In this document: in pieces, positions 35,637 to 44,475 of the stretch
How positions within the stretch are numbered: position 1 is the first letter of the stretch
Layout of the letters: the number at the start of each line of letters is the position of its first letter
DNA from: a virus
Strand: one strand, 5' to 3'
Length of the DNA stretch: 64,000 bases
IMG/VR virus record: IMGVR_UViG_3300042880_000288
Location: 56,702 to 120,701 of that record
Made by a program: the position numbers and the translations under genes
Notes under the pieces: generated by a model
What the model saw: the letters and a program-made list of their open reading frames with translations, nothing else
What the model was told of the DNA's origin: nothing
Database searches by the model: none

Positions 35637-36905
35637 ATGTCAAATAGTATAGGTGATTTAAAAAATAGTGGCCTACAAGGTAACAATTGGCCATGGCAAT
35701 ATAAAGTCCTACTAGGGCTTGATGGTATTATAAATGCAATTGGAGCCAATGGAACTGAGTATGAAGCTCAGATAATAAAAGCTACTTGTCCAGGACCAAC
35801 TCCTTCATCAGGATATTATCTAGAAATACGTATATATAATACAACTACAGGAACCTTTAATCCACCGGTATATTACTTACCAGGTAGTACAACACCTGTT
35901 AACCTTTCTGCATGTACAAAGGAATATGCAAATGATTCATTAGTACTTACACAGATTTTAACTGAGTTACAAGATCAAGGTCTTACATTAGATGCAATTG
36001 AAACTGCAGTAGAGGGAACTCTTGATATTAGACCATTAACATGTACTGATGTAGTGTCTTTATGTTTTGATAATGCAGGAACTCCTACAACAGTAAGTAA
36101 TACTAATCCATTACCAGTTAATGCAATAGTTACTGTACCAAGTGCATTAGATACAGCTTTGTTTGCATTTGATATTACTTCAGGAGTAAATGAAGCTTTA
36201 ACTACAACTGAAACCTCACCTGGAACTCAGGCTTTAGATGTTAATTTAACAACTCGTTTAGATTGTACTACAGATTCAATAGCAATATGTGATGGTACAG
36301 GGAATGCTTTACTTATTGATAGTAATGGTTTTATTGGTTCTAATTTATTTGCTCAAGATGCGACAACTGGTAATCAAGGACCATTAACATTTACAGGTAC
36401 AGGTTTAGCTAATGCATTAGATGTTAATATTACAACTCTTGGTCTAGATATTAGAGCATTAGATTGCGACTCAGATTCTATAAAAATATGTAATGGTACT
36501 ACAGACTTAGGTATTAATCTAGATGGTAGTATTAATACTCAATCCAGTACATTAGATGGTTCTGGTAATGCTATTACAAGTTTACTTAGCGGTTCAAGAA
36601 GAGGTTTAGATGTAAATATTTTAACACCAAATGTTGCTGTTTCAATAGGTAGTCTTGTTGAAACAGGAGTTACAGGAGATTTGTCATCTTTTGGTCAATC
36701 TATAACTTCAATAGCATTTCAAAATATTGGTACTACTGTAGCTACTATATCTGTTGATGGTGGAGCAAATTTCTTTCCATTAGCTCCAGGAACATCACTT
36801 AATCTAGATCCTAGAATTCCTATGGGTTACTATGATGGTACATCATTCTTTTGGGATGCAACAGCAATTGGTGCATCTTTACTTATTATTTATAACTATA
36901 TCTAA
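35637..36905 (+). CDS. Putative tail/virion protein with internal repeats
   Basis: T/G/N-rich; repeated ALDVN and LD(IR)xLxCxxDxxxIC units. Confidence 0.6.
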   Translation: MSNSIGDLKNSGLQGNNWPWQYKVLLGLDGIINAIGANGTEYEAQIIKATCPGPTPSSGYYLEIRIYNTTTGTFNPPVYYLPGSTTPVNLSACTKEYANDSLVLTQILTELQDQGLTLDAIETAVEGTLDIRPLTCTDVVSLCFDNAGTPTTVSNTNPLPVNAIVTVPSALDTALFAFDITSGVNEALTTTETSPGTQALDVNLTTRLDCTTDSIAICDGTGNALLIDSNGFIGSNLFAQDATTGNQGPLTFTGTGLANALDVNITTLGLDIRALDCDSDSIKICNGTTDLGINLDGSINTQSSTLDGSGNAITSLLSGSRRGLDVNILTPNVAVSIGSLVETGVTGDLSSFGQSITSIAFQNIGTTVATISVDGGANFFPLAPGTSLNLDPRIPMGYYDGTSFFWDATAIGASLLIIYNYI

Positions 36906-36916
36906 AATAGTATATT

Positions 36917-39517
36917 ATGTCAATTTATATAAATAGAGATTTGCCAAATGATGAGTACAATGCAGCAGTTGGAGCTAATAATCCTTCAAGTGCAAATGTA
37001 TTTGCTACAATGGCAGATATTGTAGCTGGTACTGGTGATGCAGAAAGATTGATATTTAATGTAAGAATTGATCAAGTTGGTGGTATCAATAAAGGTCAAG
37101 CAGTTTATGTTAGTGGAGCAAATGGTACTAATATACTTGTTACTAAAGCAGATTATACTACTGAAGCAACATCATCTAAAACTTTAGGTCTTCTTGTTGC
37201 TACAGGTGCAAATAATGCATTAGGACAAGTTGTTGCAAATGGTATTTTAAAAGGTACTGGTTCAGCTCCATTAGATACAAGTGCTGCTGTAGCAGGTGAT
37301 CCTGTATGGTTAGGAGATGATGGTAATTTAATTTACGGTCTTATTAATAAACCTTATGCACCAAATCATCTTGTATTTATAGGAATAGTTGTGGAAGCTA
37401 ACCCTACTGTAGGTGAGATTTTTGTTAAAGTTCAGAATGGTTTTGAACTTAAAGAGATTCATGATGTAGATCTTATATCAAATCCACCTACTGACGGAGA
37501 GGTTTTAACATATGATAGTAGTTCAGGTTTATGGATAAATGAAGCATTACCAGCTACAATTGGAGAAAACTTAAACATAAATTTAAGTCCTGTTATTGAT
37601 AATACAATTACAGATCCATCTACACTTGCTCCAGATTATGAAGATGCCTACTTAGTACCTATAGGAGCTATTGGAGTATGGGCTGGACAAGATAACAATA
37701 TTGCAACTTGGGATGGTGAACAATGGTTATTTTATACACCAAGTGCTAGTGATTCAACTACAGTTCTTACTGGTCCAAATGCTGGATATGTATATACTTT
37801 TGATGGAGCAGTTTGGAATATTACCATAACAACATCTCCAGGAGCAACACCTTTTTATATTGCAGGCTCTGGAGTAGATGCTGGGGGTAACAAAACTTCA
37901 CAAATTGCTAGAGTTTCAGGATTAACTTTAGGTTCAAATTCAGGATCTTATGGTTCATCTCCACTTACTGTAAGAGGTACAGGATCTCTAGAGAATGTTG
38001 TATCTAGATGGGGAATGGGAGCAGGAACCGCAACTACCCTTGGTAACTGGTTTAGAATTGCAGGTTTTACTCTTAGTAATAATACTAGCAAAAATTATCA
38101 AATATTAATTAATATTGGAGGAAGAACTCCTAATACCTGGGCCTCTGCAATTTTACATATTAATTTAAGTAAAGTGTCTGGTACGGGACAAGGTGTTTGT
38201 ATAGTAGTAAACAACTCTGGACCTGGTTTTAATACAAGTATAGATAATAATTTCAGACTTGATGAATCTAATTTTGAATTTAGAAGATATGCTAATGCTG
38301 CAGGCGGTACTGTTAATTTTAGATTATACTATAAACCAACCGTACTAAACAGTTCTATGTCAGCAACAGTTCTTAATTCAGCTGGTGGAACAACTAGTGC
38401 AATAGGAATACAATGGTTTAATACTTATTTAGGAGCTGTAATTGAAGGTCCTGCTTCAGGAGGTAATACTGCTAATATTGCTACATTTAACTATTCAGGA
38501 CAAAGAACTAATATATCTGCAATTGTAGATCCAACAGTTAATGATGATACAAATCTTCAATATACTATTGGTTCATTATGGTATAATACAGTTACTCAAA
38601 ATGTATTTCAATGTTTAGATAATACATTAAATGCAGCAGTATGGAAACAGATTACAAATGATACAGCAGTAACATTGTATAATCAGCAAATACAAAATGA
38701 AGGATCTAATTTAACTCAAAGAAACATTATTAACTTTGTGGGAGCTGGAGTAGATGCTACTGACAATGGTACTAACACTGTTGTGACAGTTCCTGGTGTT
38801 ACTACTCAGTCTTTCTTTGATCAGTTTATGGTAAATCAGTATTCTTACTTTTTGCCATCTGATAATTCAGCATTATTTGATACTTTAAGAGCTGGTGGTA
38901 CTTTGACTTCTGTTGGTACAACAAGTTCTCTTACAGAAAATCCAATGGGAGTATTATTTACTACACCCACTGCCATTAGTTCTGTAGCCGCTCTATTTGG
39001 AAATACATTTGGTGGAAGTATTTTAGGAGTAAATTTTCAATTTGAAACATATAGAAGATTTAGAATAAATACGGCCAATCCAGCCCAAAGACTATTTATT
39101 GGACTATCATCTTTGTACAGTGCTGCTACACCTACTAATATAGATCCTATTTCTCAAATTAATAGTATTGGAGTATGTAAAACATCAACCAATAACAATT
39201 TATTTTTAATGTGGAATGATGCTACAGGTACAGCATCAAGTTTAGATACTGGATTTACTGGAATCAGTAATGCATTTACATACACTTTGAGAATATTTAA
39301 AACTTTTGGTATTGCATCAGTAACAATTGAGTTAACACAAATAACAAATAGTACAGGTGCCACATCTGTATTTTCAACAACAATCACATCTGACTATAAT
39401 ACAGGAGTAAATCATTTTCCTGTAGCATGGATGGGTAACTCAACAACATCAACGGGTGCAGTTTCTTATAAAGATTATGGTTGTACAATGACTAAACGTA
39501 ATATAATAACAGCATAA
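36917..39517 (+). CDS. Putative tail fibre/receptor-binding protein (DUF2793-like segment)
   Basis: 866 aa G/T/S/N-rich; AYLVPIGAIGVWAGQDNNIATWDGEQWLFYTP; IHDVDL fibre knob-like repeat. Confidence 0.7.
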   Translation: MSIYINRDLPNDEYNAAVGANNPSSANVFATMADIVAGTGDAERLIFNVRIDQVGGINKGQAVYVSGANGTNILVTKADYTTEATSSKTLGLLVATGANNALGQVVANGILKGTGSAPLDTSAAVAGDPVWLGDDGNLIYGLINKPYAPNHLVFIGIVVEANPTVGEIFVKVQNGFELKEIHDVDLISNPPTDGEVLTYDSSSGLWINEALPATIGENLNINLSPVIDNTITDPSTLAPDYEDAYLVPIGAIGVWAGQDNNIATWDGEQWLFYTPSASDSTTVLTGPNAGYVYTFDGAVWNITITTSPGATPFYIAGSGVDAGGNKTSQIARVSGLTLGSNSGSYGSSPLTVRGTGSLENVVSRWGMGAGTATTLGNWFRIAGFTLSNNTSKNYQILINIGGRTPNTWASAILHINLSKVSGTGQGVCIVVNNSGPGFNTSIDNNFRLDESNFEFRRYANAAGGTVNFRLYYKPTVLNSSMSATVLNSAGGTTSAIGIQWFNTYLGAVIEGPASGGNTANIATFNYSGQRTNISAIVDPTVNDDTNLQYTIGSLWYNTVTQNVFQCLDNTLNAAVWKQITNDTAVTLYNQQIQNEGSNLTQRNIINFVGAGVDATDNGTNTVVTVPGVTTQSFFDQFMVNQYSYFLPSDNSALFDTLRAGGTLTSVGTTSSLTENPMGVLFTTPTAISSVAALFGNTFGGSILGVNFQFETYRRFRINTANPAQRLFIGLSSLYSAATPTNIDPISQINSIGVCKTSTNNNLFLMWNDATGTASSLDTGFTGISNAFTYTLRIFKTFGIASVTIELTQITNSTGATSVFSTTITSDYNTGVNHFPVAWMGNSTTSTGAVSYKDYGCTMTKRNIITA

Positions 39518-39708
39518 TGGAAGATAATTATACAATAGACAACAACGGACAAATCATGTGTAATGGTGTTGTTGTAGTAATGGAAGAAAATGACCCTACA
39601 TATATTGCATATGTACAATTTCTTGAAAATGGTGGTACAGTTACTCAGTTAGATGAACCTGAAGTTATAGAAGAATTTACTGGACCTCGTTCAGCTAAAA
39701 AAAATTAA
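39517..39708 (+). CDS. Small protein, possible tail fibre chaperone
   Basis: 63 aa coupled to the fibre gene; YIAYVQFLENGG. Confidence 0.5.
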   Translation: MEDNYTIDNNGQIMCNGVVVVMEENDPTYIAYVQFLENGGTVTQLDEPEVIEEFTGPRSAKKN

Positions 39709-39725
39709 ATTAATATATTTACAAA

Positions 39726-40061
39726 ATGGAAACTTGGGTTTTAACAATTGCAATATTTACAGCAAGTACAATTCTTGCAATAATTGGATTCTTTCTAAGA
39801 AGTGCATATAGTACTGTAAATAAACAGATAGAAACATTAACTTTGGAAAATCAAAAAAGAATTGAAGACCAAGGTAGATTAAAAGGTAAATTTGAGTTGC
39901 TAGAACAAGAACAAAGATTAAAACTTCAACACATTGAAGAAAATACTCAGCATGAAATTAAAAACATGGCCACTAAAGTAGGAGAACTTTCTGATGTTGT
40001 AGGAGATTTAGTTAGAATTCAAATGAATGGAACAACTAGAAGAAGAAACACTAATAATTAA
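39726..40061 (+). CDS. Membrane-anchored coiled-coil protein (lysis module)
   Basis: N-terminal TM segment plus coiled coil. Confidence 0.55.
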   Translation: METWVLTIAIFTASTILAIIGFFLRSAYSTVNKQIETLTLENQKRIEDQGRLKGKFELLEQEQRLKLQHIEENTQHEIKNMATKVGELSDVVGDLVRIQMNGTTRRRNTNN

Positions 40062-40064
40062 GTT

Positions 40065-40301
40065 ATGTCAATAAAGAAAAGATGGAATACTAAGACTCCA
40101 AAGTTTTGGAAGACAGTACAAAAGATTGCAATTGCAGCAGGAGCTGTAGCAGGTGTTATCATTGCTGCTCCCATTGCCTTACCTGCAGCTGTAGTAACAG
40201 CAGCAACATATGTAGTAACAGCTGGTACAGTAGCAGCTACATTAGCACAACTTACAGTAGATGATACTGAAGTTAAAAAAGTAGAAACCCCAAATATATA
40301 A
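40065..40301 (+). CDS. Putative holin
   Basis: KRWNTKTPKFWKTVQ plus two hydrophobic segments; upstream of the amidase. Confidence 0.65.
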   Translation: MSIKKRWNTKTPKFWKTVQKIAIAAGAVAGVIIAAPIALPAAVVTAATYVVTAGTVAATLAQLTVDDTEVKKVETPNI

Positions 40302-40304
40302 ATA

Positions 40305-40610
40305 ATGGCAACTAAAAAGAAAGAAGTAAAAGACATTGAGGTGGAAGTAAAAACCAAAAAAGTCAAAGCTAAATTAAAGAAGGAAGGCAAAAAAGTTAAT
40401 GTAAAAGTTGACACTCCTAATGTTGATGTAGAAATCAACAAAGATGAAGAGAAAAAAGAGTTTGTACTTGATAGTAAAAAACTTGATGTAAAAGTTACCA
40501 AAACAGAAGAAGGAACACAAGTAAATGTAGTAGCTGAAAACTCTGCATTGAAGAGAGTTGGTGACTGGCTTGCAAAGTTTTATGCTAAAAAATTTAACAA
40601 GAAAAAATGA
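40305..40610 (+). CDS. Lys/Val-rich hypothetical protein
   Basis: 101 aa. Confidence 0.65.
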   Translation: MATKKKEVKDIEVEVKTKKVKAKLKKEGKKVNVKVDTPNVDVEINKDEEKKEFVLDSKKLDVKVTKTEEGTQVNVVAENSALKRVGDWLAKFYAKKFNKKK

Positions 40611-41296
40611 GTATCCTAGACTTAACCAAAATTAAACAGGTACCTCTCTCAGAAGGACAGTATGTAAATGAGGAGACCAAAAAACTACAGATTGTATTAC
40701 ACCATACAGCAGGAAATTCTTCTGCACCTGGTACAATTAAAATGTGGAATGCAGATGACAGAGGTCGTATTGCTACATGTGTAGTTATATCTGGTAAAGG
40801 TTTATCTAAAGATACATTTGATGGTGAAATTGCTCAAGCATTCTCATCTAAAAAATGGGCATATCATTTAGGAGTAAAAGGTGATGTATTTAGAGCTCAA
40901 GGTTTACCCTATAGATTATTAGATCCTTTAGCTATTGGTATTGAAATATGTAACTGGGGACCATTAACTTTAAAGAATGATGGTAAATTCTATAACTATG
41001 TTGATAGAGTAGTACCGGCTGATCAAGTATGTACATTACCAAAAGCATATAAAGGTTATATTTATTATCATGCTTATACAGATGCACAGATTGAATCTGT
41101 GAGACAATTACTAGTTTACTGGAATAAAGTTCATGGTATTCCTTTAAAGTATAATGAAAAAGATTTGTGGGAAGTTTCTAAGAATGCATTATCAGCTGTA
41201 CCAGGGGTTTATACTCATAATTCTTATAGAAGAGATAAAAGTGATATTTCTCCACAGCCAAAAATGATAGCCATGCTAAAATCTCTTGCACAATGA
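40607..41296 (+). CDS. Endolysin, N-acetylmuramoyl-L-alanine amidase (Amidase_2)
   Basis: IVLHHTAG, WAYHLG, IGIEICNWG, YTDAQ, THNSYRRDKSD. Confidence 0.9.
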   Translation: MSILDLTKIKQVPLSEGQYVNEETKKLQIVLHHTAGNSSAPGTIKMWNADDRGRIATCVVISGKGLSKDTFDGEIAQAFSSKKWAYHLGVKGDVFRAQGLPYRLLDPLAIGIEICNWGPLTLKNDGKFYNYVDRVVPADQVCTLPKAYKGYIYYHAYTDAQIESVRQLLVYWNKVHGIPLKYNEKDLWEVSKNALSAVPGVYTHNSYRRDKSDISPQPKMIAMLKSLAQ

Positions 41297-41451
41297 AATT
41301 TAGAAATAATTGGAAAAACCACAAACCTAGTTGGAAAACAGTAACTATAAGATGTAGAGTGTCTTTATTAGATTTATTTTCAATTGAATTAGATCCATCT
41401 AGAAACTTTTATTCTTTTACCTTATTCAACTTTACTGTTAAAAACAGATAA
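41293..41451 (+). CDS. 52-aa hypothetical protein
   Basis: Read manually: MKFRNNWKNHKPSWKTVTIRCR...; ATGA overlap with the amidase stop. Confidence 0.55.
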   Translation: MKFRNNWKNHKPSWKTVTIRCRVSLLDLFSIELDPSRNFYSFTLFNFTVKNR

Positions 41452-41469
41452 TCTTATTTAAAGTATACT

Positions 41470-41502
41470 AATCCAGGTACTTTGTATGCCTGGATTTTTT
41501 TT
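41470..41502 (+). terminator. Intrinsic terminator
   Basis: AATCCAGG/CCTGGATT plus T-tract. Confidence 0.7.
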
Positions 41503-41563
41503 GTTTAAACAATTTGAGTTTAAACTTTTATTGTATATTTGTCTAAATTATAATTTATTTATT

Positions 41564-41851
41564 ATGGAAAACCAACAAGAAGAAAAAGTATTTACTCAAC
41601 AAGAAGTAGATGCTAAGAAAGATGAGATGTTAAAGTTCTATACTGAATCCTTAACATATCTAGAAGCTCAATTAAAGTATGAAACTACATTGATGGAGAT
41701 TGATGAAGTAAGGTTTAAAAGAGCACAGTATCAAGTTCAATATGCTATGATGATGGCACCACCTGAAGAAGAAGAAACAGATGGATTAGAAAATGAAACT
41801 GCAGAAAGAATAAATCCAGAAACTCCTCTTAGAAAATTAAAAAAGCAATAA
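41564..41851 (+). CDS. Hypothetical protein
   Basis: Likely start MENQQEE at 41564. Confidence 0.7.
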   Translation: MENQQEEKVFTQQEVDAKKDEMLKFYTESLTYLEAQLKYETTLMEIDEVRFKRAQYQVQYAMMMAPPEEEETDGLENETAERINPETPLRKLKKQ

Positions 41852-41852
41852 G

Positions 41853-42212
41853 ATGGCTTTAGTTAATCAGGTACAGAAGAAAGTTATGATGTCCAGAGAG
41901 GATGTTATAAAGTATCAGATACTTACTCACTGTTATATTAACCGTATAACAGTGAGTGATTCTGATTTAGAATGTCTTGCCTTATTAAGTCAAATTGGTC
42001 CTATAGAATTAACAGGTTTTTGTTATGAAGCTTCTGAAGAACATGCTATATTTAAGTCTGAGCAAACAGTAAGAAATTGTATTAATAAATGCGAGAAACA
42101 GTTATTAGTAGTAAAGGATCCTGAGAATAAAAAAATTATTGCTGTAAATCCAGCAATGAAAATTCAAACAGAGGGAACAATACTACTTGACTATAAATTT
42201 CTTGGCAAATGA
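41853..42212 (+). CDS. Hypothetical protein
   Basis: 119-aa ORF. Confidence 0.7.
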   Translation: MALVNQVQKKVMMSREDVIKYQILTHCYINRITVSDSDLECLALLSQIGPIELTGFCYEASEEHAIFKSEQTVRNCINKCEKQLLVVKDPENKKIIAVNPAMKIQTEGTILLDYKFLGK

Positions 42213-42613
42213 TACCTTACAAAGCAAAGATACTTACTAAAGATGTTGCAGAAGAATTGAATGTATCAAAAACACTTGTTGACGATTTAATTGAATTTTA
42301 TTATAAAGATGTAAGAGAAAATTTAAGTGAGTTAAATCATCCAAGGATAAACATTGAAGGACTAGGACAATTTGTAATAAGAGCAAAGGGAGTAAATAGT
42401 GCAATTCCAAAATATGAAAAAGCATTAAATACACATGACACATCTACATTTACAGCTTATTATAATAAGAAAATAATTGAAGATAGGTTAGAGTTATTAA
42501 GAAAAATGCAAAGCATGTTAGAATTGGAAGAGCAAAAAAAGAAAGAATTTAAAAATAAAAAATATGAAAAATACTTTAAAACTAATTTGGCAGAACAGAA
42601 AGGGGATAATTGA
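42209..42613 (+). CDS. HU/IHF-like DNA-binding protein
   Basis: LTKDVAEELNVSKTLVDDLI...INIEGLGQF; position upstream of terminase is typical of crAss-like phages. Confidence 0.7.
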   Translation: MIPYKAKILTKDVAEELNVSKTLVDDLIEFYYKDVRENLSELNHPRINIEGLGQFVIRAKGVNSAIPKYEKALNTHDTSTFTAYYNKKIIEDRLELLRKMQSMLELEEQKKKEFKNKKYEKYFKTNLAEQKGDN

Positions 42614-42863
42614 AGGTATAACAAATTCAATTATTAGAGATGAAACTGTAGAAGAGATAGCAAGATTAAGATTTTCTATTTGTGAGGAATGTCCTAGTAA
42701 AGGAAGAAAATGTGCTGTAAAAGGTACAGCTCCTTGTTGTAATGAATGTGGATGTTCACTTAATTTCAAGACTAGATCTCTATCATCTGAGTGTCCACTA
42801 GGAAAATGGGATGCTATTGCTACTGAAGAAGAAGAGGATGCATTAGATAGCCTTAAAGATTAA
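42564..42863 (+). CDS. Cys-rich hypothetical protein
   Basis: RFSICEECP...CCNECGCSL..KTRSLSSECPLGKW. Confidence 0.65.
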   Translation: MKNTLKLIWQNRKGIIEGITNSIIRDETVEEIARLRFSICEECPSKGRKCAVKGTAPCCNECGCSLNFKTRSLSSECPLGKWDAIATEEEEDALDSLKD

Positions 42864-42867
42864 TGGT

Positions 42868-43131
42868 ATGAATTGGCCAGAACTTGAGTCCTTTATGACT
42901 GATGGAATAGCTTCACAAGGAAGAAATATAAGTATAACGGTAGGTGCTGCAGGAGCAGATTATCTTGCACATGCAATGGCAATTGAAAATGCTGTAGGAT
43001 TTGTTGAATGGATGGAAGAAAAAAAGAGTATAGAATCTGAAACAGCAAAAAGTTTAATTACCATGTTAAGATCGAAAGATAAAGATAACTTTAACATAGC
43101 AATACTTGCTATAGAACAATTAAAAAAATGA
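42868..43131 (+). CDS. Hypothetical protein
   Basis: 87-aa ORF. Confidence 0.6.
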   Translation: MNWPELESFMTDGIASQGRNISITVGAAGADYLAHAMAIENAVGFVEWMEEKKSIESETAKSLITMLRSKDKDNFNIAILAIEQLKK

Positions 43132-43958
43132 TAGTATTTAATGCACATGATCATAGTTACAGAAGTTTAGATGACAGTAACATTGATTGGATAAGTGTGA
43201 CAACACTTGTTTCCCATTTCAAAAAACCTTTTGATGCAAAAAAAACTGCAGAAAAAGTTAGTAAGAATAAAAATTCAAAATGGTTTGGTATTGATCCAGT
43301 TATTATTCAACAGATATGGAATAATGAAGGAGATAGATCTACAACCCTTGGTACATGGTATCATAATCAAAGGGAAGATGATTTATGTTCTTTATCTTCA
43401 ATTGAAAGAGAAGGCATAACTGTTCCTGTTTTTAAACCTTCCGAATTAGATAATGGTAAGAAATTAGCTCCTTCTCAAAAGTTAGAAACTGGTATATACC
43501 CAGAACATATGGTTTATTTAAAGTCTGCAGGTATCTGTGGGCAATCAGATTTAGTGGAAGTAGTTAATGGATATGTAAACATCATAGATTACAAGACTAA
43601 TAAAGAAATTAAAATGGAATCCTATGTGAACTGGGAAGGAGTATCTGAAAAATTACTAGCTCCTTTGGATACTTTAGATGATTGTCATTTTTATCACTAT
43701 GCTTTACAATTGAGTATTTATATGTATATTATATTAAAGCATAATCCTAAACTAAAACCAGGAAAGATATTTATACATCATATTACATTTGAAGTTGAAA
43801 GAGAAGATAATTGGGGATATCCAATAAGCAAGTTAGATGAAAATGGAGATCCAATTGTAAAACAAGTCAACCCTATTCATGTACCATATCTTGTAGATGA
43901 AGTAATTGCAGTTATTCATTATCTTAATGATAACAGACATAAAATAAAAAAGAAATGA
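43128..43958 (+). CDS. PD-(D/E)XK nuclease
   Basis: PEHMVY...CGQSDLV...IIDYKTNK...YALQLSIY. Confidence 0.85.
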   Translation: MIVFNAHDHSYRSLDDSNIDWISVTTLVSHFKKPFDAKKTAEKVSKNKNSKWFGIDPVIIQQIWNNEGDRSTTLGTWYHNQREDDLCSLSSIEREGITVPVFKPSELDNGKKLAPSQKLETGIYPEHMVYLKSAGICGQSDLVEVVNGYVNIIDYKTNKEIKMESYVNWEGVSEKLLAPLDTLDDCHFYHYALQLSIYMYIILKHNPKLKPGKIFIHHITFEVEREDNWGYPISKLDENGDPIVKQVNPIHVPYLVDEVIAVIHYLNDNRHKIKKK

Positions 43959-44473
43959 TATTAACTAAACTATTTGATGTTCAGAATGGAATAGTAGTTC
44001 CAACTGAACATTGCTATACATTAAAAGCTCTTAAAGATGTTATGGATGAATATCCAGATGACTATCTTAAGATCTACTTATATTTGTTCTATATGTCATG
44101 TCCTAATCCTGATTTAAATCCTTTTTTCTTTACACCGGATGTGGATAAAGAACATTTAATACTAAGTCAAATTGAAGCAGAATTTTCTACTGAAGATGAT
44201 ACAATATTTAAAGCATTACAATTTTGTCAAAGAATGTATGAAACACCTACATCTAGAGCATACAAAGGTATTGCTTCTATGTTAGACAGATTAGGAAGAT
44301 ATATGGAAAATACTCCTATTACTCATGGTAGAGATGGCAACTTTAATTCTCTTATAGCTGCAGCTAAAAACTATGAGGCAATTAGACAGTCTTTTAAAGG
44401 AGCCTATAAAGATCTTCAAGAAGAACAATCAAGTAAAGTACGTGGAGGAATTGGAATGGCATATGACCAATAA
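43955..44473 (+). CDS. Conserved protein preceding terL (small terminase candidate)
   Basis: 172 aa, helical, immediately upstream of terL. Confidence 0.5.
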   Translation: MILTKLFDVQNGIVVPTEHCYTLKALKDVMDEYPDDYLKIYLYLFYMSCPNPDLNPFFFTPDVDKEHLILSQIEAEFSTEDDTIFKALQFCQRMYETPTSRAYKGIASMLDRLGRYMENTPITHGRDGNFNSLIAAAKNYEAIRQSFKGAYKDLQEEQSSKVRGGIGMAYDQ

Positions 44474-44475
44474 TT

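Noticed and set aside
40058-40501. 147-aa minus-strand hydrophobic ORF (and other antisense ORFs in the late region)
   Set aside because: Mirror of the Lys-rich and holin plus-strand genes; composition is explained by the sense strand.
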